From the NCBI GenBank assembly GCA_951406725.2, contig OX597822.1, forward strand, positions 26,288,001-26,352,000: a stretch of 64,000 nucleotides of DNA, in the 5' to 3' direction. The stretch is from Octopus vulgaris. Its lineage: Eukaryota. A program made the translations under genes and the position numbers. Below are positions 1 through 12,790 of this stretch, piece by piece (the first letter of the stretch is position 1; each line of letters begins with the position of its first letter). The notes below the pieces were generated by a model, which did no database searches, was not told the DNA's origin, and worked only from the letters and a program-made list of their open reading frames with translations.

Positions 1-650
1 TAGGCTTACAAAGATTAAGTCCCGGGGTCGATTTGCTCGACTAAAGTTGGTGCTCCAGCATGGCCGCAGTCGAATGACTGAAACAAGTAAAAGAGTAAAA
101 GAGAAAGAGAGAGCTACATGCATATATGTGTGTGTGAGAGCATGTATGTGCATGTATTTGAGGTGGGGATGCATGTATGTTTGTACATATTACATAAAGA
201 TGATATACTCTCCCATCAACCTATTAGAGTCTGCATACTTTTCCAATGGTTGTAACCAATAGATTACAATCTTGAAGAACCAGTGGAATATCTTGTAAAA
301 TATAATAATTCTGCTGCTTTATAAGTAATCATCATGCTATACAGGAATAAACAAGATATTTTCATTTAATCTCAGGTCACTACTGATCTCTCAGATCTAT
401 GAATAAAAGGGTTTTGATAGTAACCATCCATTCTCCACCAACTTTTTTTTTCTTTTTGCCATCCCTAGTGTATCTGGGACTGAATTGCTTGATTAATATA
501 TCTTTACTTTTTAATGATTGTAATGAGTGTGATTTAAAGGGAGGTTTTGCTATAACTTCTGTTGGTTAGAATGACCACTTACGGGTTTATATATTAGCTT
601 TACAAAATCTTTCATGTTGCTGGCCACTGCTTCAGAGCAAATGCATAAGG

Positions 651-943
651 CAGTGATTCTTTAATGGTACGCTGCAGTGCATCTAATTGCACTGTTGTGT
701 ATTAGTGTGCTACAATGTTCAACTTGGTGTACTGTTGATATGTTAGAATATAATTCAAGACTTTAGATAATCCATTCTAATAGTTGACCAACTTAGAAAT
801 GGAGTTATTCAATAACTTTGTATGATTAATAAAACACCAGTTTTGTACCAGTAATTTCTAATTTTCAAAGCAAAATACACCAGCAAATTTTGTTTTAAAG
901 ATCTCCAGTGCACCACAAAGTCAAAAAAGGTTGAGGACTACAG
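651..943. mobile_element. Old hAT-type MITE relic
   Basis: cagtgattct.. start and aaaaaaggttgaggactacag end resemble Charlie/hAT MITE termini. Confidence 0.4.
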
Positions 944-2296
944 AGAAGGAGCCTTTTTTGTTGGCCCAGAGCAAATATAAGGGGTTCCCTTATTGGTTCT
1001 GAATAATTACAGATAGGCTCTTTTAGTCGGCTCAGAACAGCTTCATGGAGGTTCACTCATTGTGCTTGGAGTAATTGCATAGACATTTCCTTATTGACAC
1101 CATCAGTGGCTCAAGCTCCCTTAGTGACTTGAAGTGGCCTTATAAGGAGCTTCCTTAGATGACCTTTTGTGGAAATCTGAAATAAATAAGTTACAAGATT
1201 CAACAAAAGTTTGATAAAGACAAAAAAAACAAAACTTTTTATAAGTTGGTTGGTTGGTTGGTTAGTGAATTGGTTAGTTATTCAGTTGACTGATTTTTTT
1301 AAAACCCTGGGCCTAGCAAATATATGATCAAAGGCATTTATTCTTGTTTTGACCATACCATCTCTTTATATATCCAGAACAACATTGCCCAATACACCTT
1401 TACTGTTTTAAGATAGCAGTGGTTGTTTTGAAGAAATTTAGCTATTATTTCAGGCAAGTCTAGCAATCACATTGAGGCTCCTTGATTCTGTGTCAATGGC
1501 CAATGGCAACAGTAACAGTTTGATTAAATGTAGGTCAGTCAAAAAATATGACAGGTTTATCAAAATAAGCTTTACATATTAGTTGTAATCCCAAACCAAA
1601 GAAATCGGTTTATACCAACTAACCTAATATGAACCAAGGTAAAATTAACTAAACATTTATTTCGTTGTTTTCTCCTTATTCCACAACCAGAAGGAGTTGT
1701 ATATCTCTTCTTTAAATATTTTTCAATGAAAGAGCAAAAGGAATAGATTACAGTAAAAAAAAAAAATTTCAATTTAAAAAAAAAAGGTAAAAACTAAACA
1801 AGACATAAAAAAATTCTTTTCTTGTTCTTATGAAAGAAAATTAAAACAAAAGACATTCAACAATAGCCATGAAGTAAATGATGTTTTCAGGGCGTTTACA
1901 TATACCTAAATATAACAGGATGGCACCCCCCTTACATTGTGCCACAGTAAGTGCAGGAATTTTGTCTTTTGTGTTGCATTCCTTTACTTTGATTCCCTTA
2001 CAGGCTCTCTTTCTTTATATATGCCTCTCTTACTCTCTCTCTCTCTCTCTCTCATTCTCAGTCTCCCTTTCTATCTCTCTCTCTCCCTCTCACTTCTCTT
2101 TAACTTGGTCTCCCTTTATATCTCTCCTCCTTTATCTCTCTACCTTTCTCTCTCTCTGTCTCTCTCTTTCTGTCTGTCTTTCTCTCATTCTCTCTCTCCC
2201 TCTCTCTTTCTCTCTATCTCTCTCCCTCTCTCTTTATATGTATATATATTTCATATTCATTATTAATAAACATCCACTTTCCATCCTAGCATGGGA

Positions 2297-2338
<42 letters not shown>

Positions 2339-2419
2339 GGGTTGATTCGGGGTTAACCACAGTAAGTAAGGTACTCAATACATAGCAGAGTAAAATTAAT
2401 TTATTATATAGAAGGAGTT

Positions 2420-2500
2420 TACAGGACTAGTACTGTTTCATTCAAGTCTTCAGGAAGCTTCCTGAAGATTTCTCTTGAATGAAACAGTACTAGTCCTGTA
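2420..2500. repeat. Foldback palindrome with HHR-like core (CTGAAGA...GAAA)
   Basis: tacaggactagtactgtttcattcaag..tcttcaggAAGCTTcctgaaga..cttgaatgaaacagtactagtcctgta. Confidence 0.85.
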
Positions 2501-2686
2501 TATATGTGTATGTGTGTGTGTATGTGTGTGTGTGTATATAAATATATATGTATATGTGTGTGTGTATGTGTGTGTGTATATATATATATAAAATAATAAT
2601 AAATATTATGGAATAAATCCAAATTTACAGGGAAAAATCAGATTTAGGATTGAATCCAATTTTATAGTAAAATATTATATTATAAT

Positions 2687-2860
2687 AAATTAGAGACAAA
2701 ACCACTATTATGCAAATCAAACAAAGAGAGACTTAAGCCAATACATAAAATAATTTATATAAATTAAATTTAATTAAATTTAATTTATATAAATTATTTT
2801 ATGTATTGGCTTAAGTCTTTCTTTGTTTGATTTGCATAATAATGGTTTTGTCTCTAATTT
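2687..2860. repeat. AT-rich spacerless palindrome, 87-bp arms
   Basis: aaattagagacaaaacca...aaatttAATTaaattt...tggttttgtctctaattt, with about 2 mismatches, flanked by (TA)n. Confidence 0.93.
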
Positions 2861-2861
2861 A

Positions 2862-2901
<40 letters not shown>

Positions 2902-3739
2902 ATACATGCATGCGTTAGTGTGTGTGCATTCGCAGGTGTCTTTCTCTTTCATTCATTTCCCCTTCATATGTGTCTTTCTCTCTAATGCTCTCTCTCTTTT
3001 ACTCTCTCCTTATTCCTTCCTCTTTTTACATCTCTCCCATTCTTGCTCTCTCCCACTATATTCTTCTCTCTCTCTCTCTTTATCTCTCAGTCTCAGTAAT
3101 TGTTTTGTTTAGTTCTGTAGTTATTATGGATGTGGTTGTTATTGTTGTTCACTGCAACATGAACCGCAAAGGAAGGAAAGAAAACATACTCCTTTGCTTC
3201 TTTCAGTACATCAGACTCCAGCCTTGCTGGGGTGTGAAGAATTTTAGTCAAACGGATCAACCCCAGTACTCACTGTCTTTGAAGCCTGGTTACTTATTCT
3301 GTTGTTCTCTTTTGCCAAACTGCTAGGTTATGGGGACGTAAACAAACCAACACTGGTAGCCAAGTGGTAGTGAGGGGCAAACACAGACACAAAGATACAT
3401 ACACGTACATATATGTGTCATCATCATCATTATCATAATCATCACCATCAACATATAACGTCCGTTGTCCACGCTGGTATGAGTTGGACGGTCTGATGGG
3501 GCTGGCATGCTGGAAGGCTGCACAAGACTCCAGTCTGATTTGGCATGGTTTTCTACAGCTGGATGCCCTTCCTAATGCCAACCACTCCAAAAGTGTACTG
3601 GGTGCTTTTACATGCCACCAGCACAGATGTCATCTGCATGACAATGACACCTGGGTGGTTTTACATGCCACTGACACGGGTGCCAATTTGCATGACACCG
3701 ATACATATATATATCATCATATATATGTATGTATGTGAT

Positions 3740-3798
<59 letters not shown>

Positions 3799-3807
3799 GT
3801 ATGTATA

Positions 3808-3838
<31 letters not shown>

Positions 3839-4576
3839 CACATATATATATATACACACATATATGTATGTATGTAGATAGATAGATAGATACATACATA
3901 CATACATACATACATACATACACACACACATACATACATACATACATACATACATACATACATTCATACATACATACATATGTATACATACTTATGATGG
4001 TCTTCTTTCAGTTTCCGTCTACCAAATCCACTCACAAAGGCTTTGGTCAGCCCAAAGCTACAACAGAAGACACTCACCCAAAATGCCCCATAATGGGACT
4101 AAACCCAAAATCAAGTGGCTTGGAAGCAAATTTCTTACCACAGAACCAAAGCATTCTTTTGTAAAAGAATCAGAAAATTTCCTGATCAGGTTCTAAACAA
4201 ACACCAGTGAAAGAGAAGACCTTATTGCATGTGTGTGTGTGGTGGGGCGGGGTGCACATGCATGCATCTGTGTGTTTGAAATACATTGATTTACCATTAT
4301 GCAAATGACTTATTTCGTTTTGCAATATAAATGAAACCCAATTACAACAGCCTCATCAAACTACTTTTCCATATGTACTTTTTTCTTTTTTTTTTTGTAA
4401 ATTCTGTCAGAATTAAACCAAAAGGAGGGTTTCTTGTATGTTTTTCTTTTTTGTTTGTTTCTATAAGAGTTAGCATCGAACAACAACCACTACCAAAAAT
4501 AGTATTAGTGTTACTGTCCTATACATAAATATATGTATGTGTATACACACACACACACACACACACACATACACAT

Positions 4577-6602
4577 TCCATAATGCTGCACCTTATTACG
4601 ATAGCGCATTAAAGAATAGTGGATTCTCTGAGAAGATCCAATACAGCCAGCTTAATGCTGATAATAATGCTGCACGAAGAACTAGGACCAGGAAAGTTTT
4701 GTGGTTCAACCTGGCTTTCAATTTGGCCGTAAAAACTAATATAGGTAAGGAATTTTTGAGATTAGTCTCTAAGCATTTTAAGCAGGGCCATAAATTCTAT
4801 AGGATATTTAATAGAAGAACCCTGAAGGTTAGCTATTCTTGTTGCAGAAATTTCGCCTCTTACATTAGCCAGCATAATAGGAATCTGATTGAGATTAAAC
4901 ATGATGCCGAGCCCATTAAGAAATGCAATTGCAAAAATGAAAACTCCTGTCCGTTGGAAGGGAAATGTCTAGTAAAAGGAGTAGTTTATAGAGCCAAGGT
5001 ACAAATAGAAGGCTCATCGGAATACAAGACATATAGAGGGGCTTCAGAAAATTCGTTTAAAACACGATTTTATTCACATAAAAATTCATTTAGATACCCA
5101 GAGAATAGGAAGAGGACCAACCTAGCAAAATATTTCTGGGAACTAAAAGAAAAGGAAACCCCACCTTTCAACGTGACATGGAGCATTCTGGACAGAGCGG
5201 CACCATACAGGCATGGAGCACACAGGAATAATTTTAAATGCAATCTTTGCCTATTAGAGAAACTGTATATTTTATTCAAAGACAATAATTCTTTGAATCA
5301 AAGAAGTGAGCTGATTAACTTATGTAGACACGCAACCAAATTTAAAATGTCAAATATAAATATACCATATGGATAGAGTATATATTTTGTATTTTTGATT
5401 TTTGAAATTTTGATTTTGACTCTTGGACTAGTATGTAAACGCAACGATGGATTTGTTTCGCGCTATGCAGATTTCATTCCATATAGCAAAGTCTCATGCA
5501 TATATTTTGTTTATTTTGTTTATATTTCTACATATACCTTAGGAAAAACCTTCGGCTTTGTTTATTTCATGTTATTGTATAGGATTACTTTGATTTTTAA
5601 TTTATAGATGATCCAAAATAGGGTGTTATGTTTTATATGTCTTTCGTATATTTTCATTATTGCACTCACCATTTTTTTAAAAAAGCAATGTTGTCAAAAA
5701 TTAGAATTTTGATGTAAATATGTGTATAGCCATGGATATGTATTTTTAAGCATGTGTCTCTGTGTATGTGTAAGCGAGTGTATGTTTGTGCTTAAGCACA
5801 CACATACACGACTGTATGTGTATGTATCCATTTGAACTTGTGTGTTTGTATACTTGTCTCTCTATATATGTCAATAACGTGGTTATACAGCTTGTATACA
5901 TAATTTTTCTTATTTCGTTTTTTCCCCACCCCTCCTTTTTCTTTTTTCCTTCCCCCTTCTTCGTTCCTTTTTCTCTCTCTTCCTTTCTTTCATTTTTTTC
6001 TCTAACTGATACTGGTACATACAACTTAACGTCCCCCTCACTTAAGCTTTGCTCCGTAAATAAGGAACGCTACATTAACATCTATGATTTTAACTTGCGT
6101 GCGAGATAGATTGTGTATACATATGTATGCATGCATTTGTGTGTATATTTTATATTTATATTTATGTCTGTATATGTATGGCATTTGCACGCATCCTTCT
6201 GTGTATGTTGATATATATATATGTACACTTTAATATGAATATGTATTGCAGTGTAATATTTATAATGCATTTTAATTTCCATGTATTAATTATATTTCCT
6301 TCATTAACGTCAATATGTATTTTATCCAACGTAAGGTTTTTCCTCGAATTTTATAATTTTTATAATTTTTTTATATATATATACATATATATTTTTGAGC
6401 TCATTTTTTGTTTATCGCTCGAAGATTGACCGTTATTTCTAAAGCGGCCAATCAAACAAGTCCATTTTTTAAAGGTGTAGCGTTTGTAAGAGTCTGGATT
6501 GAATTGATATATCGGTTCCATTCTAACAAAAACTGTCTGATGAACGGCAACGAGAAACTCAGAGTAACAGATTTTGTTGAATTTTCTGCTGCTTTAAATA
6601 AA

Positions 6603-6603
<1 letters not shown>
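4577..6603 (+). mobile_element. Penelope-like retroelement (Naiad-type), 5'-truncated: RT C-terminus, GIY-YIG endonuclease and long 3' UTR/pLTR with hammerhead
   Basis: ORF 4537-5376 has RKVLWFN..KTNIGKEFLRLV, IFNRRTLKVSYSC, the CNC..CPLEGKC zinc knuckle, VVYRA..YRGASENSFKTRFYSHKNSF (GIY-YIG) and C-terminal CNLCLLEK..ELINLCRH. Bounded by (CA)n and (TA)n. Confidence 0.92.
6525..6578 (+). ncRNA. Type I hammerhead ribozyme motif in the Naiad 3' end
   Basis: Stem I aacaaaaaCTGT/ACAGattttgtt; CTGATGA 6537-6543; stem II aCG-gcaa-CGa; GAAA 6554-6557; near-palindromic stem III CTCAGAG; GUA cleavage triplet. Confidence 0.8.
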
Positions 6604-6637
<34 letters not shown>

Positions 6638-6643
6638 TATATA

Positions 6644-6688
<45 letters not shown>

Positions 6689-6694
<6 letters not shown>

Positions 6695-7031
6695 TAAATG
6701 AAAGAATGGAGTCAAACGACGATTTAAACAAAATTCCTTTACTCTCAACACATGTTTCGAAGGCTGCATATTCCTAATTCTGAAGGAATAAAGGGTGCAT
6801 TATGCCGCCATCTCATCAGGAAAGACAAGGAACTTATGTCAGCACCATGAAGAGCAAAAACTTTTTGCTCTTCATGGTGCTGACAAGTTCCTTGTCTTTC
6901 CTGATGAGATGGCGGCATAATGCACCCTTTATTCCTTCAGAATTAGGAATATGCAGCCTTCGAAACATGTGTTGAGAGTAAAGGAATTTTGTTTAAATCG
7001 TCGGTTGACTCCATTCTTTCATTTATTCATA
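6689..7031. repeat. Near-perfect 343-bp palindrome (about 171-bp arms, 1-nt loop) derived from a PLE pseudo-LTR
   Basis: The arms are reverse complements apart from one substitution and a 2-nt indel. Centre is gagcaaaaa-c-tttttgctc at 6861. The unit lies between (TA)n tracts. Confidence 0.97.
6895..6979 (+). ncRNA. Type I hammerhead ribozyme with extended stem II (mirror copy on the - strand at about 6741-6826)
   Basis: ctttc-CTGATGA-(54-nt stem II)-GAAA-CATGTG-TT-gagag. Confidence 0.75.
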
Positions 7032-7179
7032 GTTAAAAAAAACACACAAATTTACACACAAGAACACAGGATCCCTGCCCTTGGCATATAGCTTCAACCG
7101 TGTTTTCTGATGTGAATTTGCTACCCAGGTATCGGTTAACCGAATTATCCATACTAGGATAATTCATTCACCTTCTTGA

Positions 7180-7216
<37 letters not shown>

Positions 7217-8541
7217 AACTTAACCGTGGTATGACCAGTATCTTTCCTCATGTCTCTTAGAACTTATACCCACATCTTTATGAGTGGATTTATCTTCTCT
7301 GGGATGTTAATAATCAATTTAAAATCTTTGTATTGTTGGAAAACATATATAGTCTGCTTGGAATCTTACTTCAAATTCATGGAACTCACTCCTATAACTT
7401 CATAAGGATATTTACACTCTCTAAGATATTTGGAAAACCTATATGTGATTTAGCTGATGAATACTTGACATTATATTTGCTGTAATATTTGCAGCTTGAA
7501 ATAAAATGTTTATAGTATGAAACAATTGTACTAATCTACTGATCCATTCTTGTTGCTTTTTTCTTGGTTATATATATTATATATAGATATAGATATATAT
7601 ATGTAAAAGAAATGGAGAATGGAGCGAGCATAAATATATATATATATATATACTCACTCCATTTTTTTTCCTCTCATCCCTTTCTGTTGAAGAGCCTAGA
7701 CTCAAAATGTCAAAGACTTTTCCATTCTTCTTGGGCATCAAATTAATACACCTGCTTGTTGTTCCCTCTCTTGTTTTCCAACCACATGGTCTCGGATTCA
7801 GTCCCACTGCATGCAACCATTGGTAAACGTCTTCAAATATAGCCCAGGGCCAACCAAGGCCTTGTGAATGGATTAGGTAAAGAGAAACTGAGAGAAGCTC
7901 GTCATATGAGACAGAGAATTGTATCAAGTTCCAATATCTACTTTGGTATGGTTTTCATGGCTGGGTACCCATCCTAACACTAACCATTTACAAAGTGTAC
8001 TAGATGCCTTTTTGTTTTCACATGACACCAGTACTTATAAGTATATGTTCATTGGAAGCTGCTAGCTACTATTGACCTCTATATCTAGATGCCTTGTCTT
8101 AGTTGCTGGTAATTCTAATATGTACTAGATACAGTAAGTGTGTACTAGATAAAGCAAGTATATTCAGGACCACAACGGCATTTTAATCCATCCAAACAGA
8201 TACTGTGAATCAAGAGAGAGACAGCTTGCATAATGCTTGGAATTCTTCCTCAGAATATGCTATTAAATGATTCATTATCAGCACAGAGACAACATCCTAA
8301 CCATGTTTACTCTTCAATTAAGTTATTCTTCTTCTGAAAGTGGTTAATGGTTAAATAGCTCATCCTCTTAATGTAGCAAACACAAAACGGTATGTAGAAT
8401 ATGTCAGAGAGGCGATATAGTGCACCAAGACTTTGAAGGATGTCTAATAACAACCCTACCAGGACTCATAGCAAGTGGCAATATCTTCTAGCCTTGATCC
8501 TTAAAACAAAACCATGGTTCAAATATTATTGTACAGAACTA

Positions 8542-8950
8542 TAGGTGTAGGAGTGGCTGTGTGGTAAGTAGCTTGCTTACCAACCACATGGTTCCAGGTT
8601 CAGTCCCACTGCGTGGCACCTTCGGCAAGTGTCTTCTACTATAGCCTCGGGCCAACCAAAGCATTATGAGTGGATTTGGTAGACGGAAATTGAAAGAAGC
8701 CCATCGTGTATATGTGTATATATGTATGTGTGTATATGTTTGTGTGTCTGTGTTTGTTCCCCCAACATCGCTTGACAACCGATGCTGGTGTGTTTACGCC
8801 CCTGTAACTTAGCGGTTCAGCAAAAAGAGACCAATAGAATAAGTACTAGGCTTACGAAGAATAAGTCCTGGGGTCGATTTGCTCGACTAAAGACAGTGCT
8901 CCAGCATGGCCACAGTCACATGACTGAAACAAGTAAAAGAGTAAAAGAGA
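8542..8950 (+). mobile_element. SINE family A (about 400-bp tRNA-derived, internal microsatellite, (GAGTAAAA)n tail)
   Basis: Head taggcgcaggagtggctgtgtggtaag (A box) ..ggttcagtcc (B box). About 20 full or partial copies in the window, including 1-100, 3200-4140, 14740-15410, 20250-20640, 21740-22050, 22778-23125, 45187-45345, 55080-55397 and 62648-62810. Confidence 0.9.
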
Positions 8951-10207
8951 GAGTAACTCTAATAAAAGGGCAAAAGATTATCAATATCATCAAGCAAAAT
9001 AGATTTTATAGATCAATGCATCTTACCTTTTAAAATCAATCTTATGGACAACAGCATCTTGTACTGCGTATTGCACCTTTCCTATAGTTAAAGTGCTTGG
9101 AAGAGCTATTAGATCACAAATGAGATACAATGACCTGCTTTCCTACAGTTTCCAGTCTCATCAAGAAGATTCTCTCAGAGATATTGATGTCATTGCTGTT
9201 GTTTAGCTACAAGTCAGCTCAAAATCAAACATGATCTCCAAATCCATAGCATTCAACTATGTAGAAATTGTTTTATTGGCTCAAATATTTATATGAAATG
9301 CTTTCATTACCATATTTTTGTTGAAATACACCACCTTTATTATAATTGATTTTTAAAATAATTAAGAATTTAATAAAAATAATTGTTATATTAAGCTGGT
9401 GTTTGGAACATAAATTTACATGAAAAACTTTTAATGCGAAGTTTGAAATCTATATCTTTGGTATTTAGATTATATGATGATCTAAGAGCATCATCCAAGC
9501 GTGATCATTGCCAGAGCAGCTGACTGACTTCCATGCCAGTGGCACATATAAAGCACCATTGGAGCATGATTGTTACCAGAGTTCCCTTACTGGCACCTGT
9601 ACCGGTGGCACGTGAAAAAACATTCGAGCTAGGTCGTTGCCAGTGCCCCTGGACTGGCTCCTGTGCAGGTGGCATGTAAAAATCACCATTTGAGTGTGGC
9701 CATTACCAGTACTGCCTGACTGGTACTTGTGCCGGTGGCACGTAAAAGCACCCACTACACTCTTGGAGTAGTTGGCATTAGGAAGAGCATGCAGCTGTAG
9801 AAATTCTGCCAGATCAGATTGGAGCCTGGTGCAGCCATCCGGTTTGCCAGTCCTCAGTCAAATCGTCCAACCCATGCTAGCATGGAAAGCCGACATTAAA
9901 TGATGATGATGATGAGGGGGAGAAGGAAGAGGAGGAGGAGGAGGAGGAGATACTTATTCATTCATATTGTTCTGAATTAAACATGCACTATCTTGTACCT
10001 TTGAGATTTCAATGATGTACCTGTCTATCTTTAGAATGACATTGTAAGGTAGGTGAGAGGTCAGATCTGGTCAGTTTGAACATAAAACAAAGCAAGTAGA
10101 GTACTTTTGGCCAGCTATGGCCTGTTTAAATGCTAAAGGGTTAAAACAGGCAGCTTGTATCACAGAACCAGGGGCAGTCTAAGGTGGATAGATAACTAAA
10201 GTAAAAA

Positions 10208-10570
10208 GAAGCTTGAGAGGCGGTTGGATGGAACCTACAGTCGCCTCCTTATGAGAGCTCAAAATCTCTCGTGGAAGCGCCATCCAACCAAAATGCAAAT
10301 ATATGGGAAACTACCACCTGTGTCATCTCTTGTGAAAGGTAGGAGAGTCCAGTTTGCTGGACATTGTTGTAGAGCTGAAAAAGAAGTAATTTCTACTCTT
10401 CTCCTCTGCAATACCAGAGGGCGCACACTCTCCTACCCTGATGTAATCTCCAGGGATACAGGCATCCAGCAACAGGACCTCCGTAATGCTATGATGGACC
10501 GTGAAGTCTGGCGTAGCATGGTAAATTCCATTGTCTCGACCACGGTCGAACACTGATGATAATGATCATG
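10208..10570 (+). mobile_element. RTE-clade LINE 3' fragment
   Basis: LDGTYSRLLMRAQNLSWKRHPT..RRVQFAGHCCR..MMDREVWR is a typical RTE C-terminus. (TGA)n tail. 10-bp TSD AAAGTAAAAA at 10198 and 10571. Confidence 0.85.
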
Positions 10571-10827
10571 AAAGTAAAAAACAACAAAGCATCAGACTGT
10601 GTGATTTACAATAACATTGAGTTTAATCATCTTACAGTTCATTGTTCAGCTGCCACTGGAATCACCCTGCTTTGCTTACCATTCATGTACCTGGGTCAGT
10701 TCAGTTGACTAAATCCTTCTTTTACAACATTTCAACCACTGGGGATGATATTATCTTTCACCTTTCTGGCATCAATAAAATAGTACCAGTTATACACCAA
10801 ATTAGATTAAATTGACTCCACATACTC

Positions 10828-10883
<56 letters not shown>

Positions 10884-11739
10884 AATTTGCTATCATATGC
10901 CTATTAAAAATTATTTGAAATTCCTACTGAGGTACAAAACCAAAACATTTTGGGAATGAAATTGATGATTAAACTGACTCCAGCACTTGACTAATGCTTT
11001 AATTTATTGACCCCCAGGAGGATGAAAAGTCAAGTTAACCTCAGCAGGAATTGAACTCTAAATGTAAAGTACCAAAACAAATACTGCAAGGCATTTTGTC
11101 TGACTCTCAAACAACACTTCTACAAGCACACATTTCCATATGCTCTACTATTTGAGGGAGCACACCTAATACAAAAGACTAGAGTTCTTTCCAACTCCCT
11201 TTACAAAAGTATGGAAAATCTCTCTTTGTTATTTATAAAACAAACCTCCTCTTTATTTTCAACATATTCCCTTAGTTTACTAAATTCTTCATTATGTTCA
11301 AAGTTAATTGAAACAAAGGCAATGTATTTAAACAAAGGTATGGTAACAAAATGGTTGAATTGTTTTGTTTTTCTCTATTAGAATTAATATTCTCAGCACT
11401 CCTTTTTCTGTGTTTTCTAATCTGACAATACAACTGGTTATACTTGAAACACAGTTTAATTTTCACACTATTTTCATGCTTGAAAATAATTGAGAGAGAA
11501 CAAGCTTATTTTCATTACTGAGACTTTTGTTGCCACCATTGTAGTGAGTGTCTCTTCCTGTTATTTCCTGGGTCGTTTTGAATCTTGAATAACAATAAAA
11601 ATGGTTACTGTGCAAAAATATTTATACGGTTAAAAACAATGTTTCAACAAACCAGCTAATGGAGTGAACATTAAATATTCCAAAGACTTCTGTTGAAAAA
11701 AAAAATGTTTATTTTATTTATTTTTGTTCATCTAGTATC

Positions 11740-12620
11740 TGATATCTGGTAACTACATATCTAATTACTGATAACTGATCTCCGTATGCCTTGTCACTGT
11801 ATATCTGATCACTGTATAACTGACCACAGTATGTCTGGTCACTGTATATTTTGTTGTCATATGTCTTGTCACTGTATATCTTATCACTGTTTTACTGTTA
11901 TTGTATACCTGGTCCCTGATGTTTGGTCACTGTATATCTAGTTATTGTATATCTACTTACTGTATATCTTGTCACTGTATATTTGGCTACTATATGTAGT
12001 CACTGTGTATCTGAGCGCAACATATCTGGTCTCTGAATAATATTTTGCCTCAAGGAATGTGAAGACGCAGGCTGGAAAGCAGAGCATTTTCCAATCGAAG
12101 TCAGATGTAGAGGTTTCGTTGGACACAGTGTGAGACGACTGTTGTTATCGTTAGGCCTAACTCATCGTAAAGTCAATACCACCATGACCGATATTGAAAC
12201 TACAGTGGAGAAGGCTAGCCACTAGATTTGGTTAAAAAGAGACGATGAGCGATGGCTAGAAGAATATTGAGCTTTATTTGATAACCAGCTGATCTAGCAA
12301 GTGGGGCCTCACATCAGTAAGGGGGGCCGGTGCGCATTGATGCCATCGAGAGGTAGGCCCCAAAATGGCATGCATTCTCTCCTTATGACCCCATACACTT
12401 ACTGGCTTCCGGTATGCAGAGTTTTTGACTGGTAGCACTTGCATGTGCAAGTTGTTTGCAAGATATGTCTTGTCACTGTATATTTGGCTACTATATGTAG
12501 TCACTGTGTATCTGAGTGCAACATATCTGGTCTCTGAATAATATTTTCCCTGTATATCCAGTTACTGTATACCTGGTCACTGTATATCTACCAACAGATA
12601 TTCAGTCACTTTACTTCTAA
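11740..12620. repeat. Degenerate 15-bp minisatellite (consensus about GGTCACTGTATATCT), interrupted by a HERO fragment
   Basis: Successive units tgtcactgtatatct, gatcactgtataact, gaccacagtatgtct, ggtcactgtatattt and so on. Confidence 0.85.
12047..12467 (+). mobile_element. HERO-like RLE-type non-LTR retrotransposon 3' fragment
   Basis: Translates as KECEDAGWKAEHFPIEVRCRGFVGHSVRRLLLSLGL..TVEKASH*IWLKRDDERWLEEY*. This matches the HERO C-terminal GW..PxEVGCRGF..A(S)xWLW..R motif. A 3' UTR follows. Confidence 0.8.
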
Positions 12621-12718
12621 GAACTGATATCTGATAATGAACATACACACCACTTTGACTTAATAACACAAAATTACATTGAAGTTTTTGTTTAAAACTA
12701 ATCAAATATTTATCTCAG

Positions 12719-12790
12719 AGAGAAAGAAAGAAGCACATATACAACACTTTGAAAGCATTTAACACGCTTGGTGTATGCCAAAGCAGCAAG
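12719..12790 (+). other. Candidate 72-nt in-frame cassette or upstream exon of the TMEM47-like gene
   Basis: ctaat branch-like motif, tatctcAG acceptor and a perfect AAG|GTAAGT donor. 24 open codons, phase 0 to phase 0 (RERKKHIYNTLKAFNTLGVCQSSK), joining in frame to exon 13103. No homology recognised. Confidence 0.3.

Noticed and set aside
944-1165. Apparent periodicity of about 32 bp
   Set aside because: Very degenerate; probably an amplified tail of the old repeat seen at 410-590 and 1300-1480.
4537-5376. Selenoprotein-type Naiad (in-frame UGA at conserved Cys)
   Set aside because: The retained ORF is open with TGC/TGT cysteines and no in-frame TGA; no SECIS recognised.
7215-7410. Possible minus-strand GIY-YIG C-terminal relic (..RHEERYWSY..); similar weak PLE hints at 29880-30230 and 43080-43260
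   Set aside because: Too short and degenerate to support by eye.
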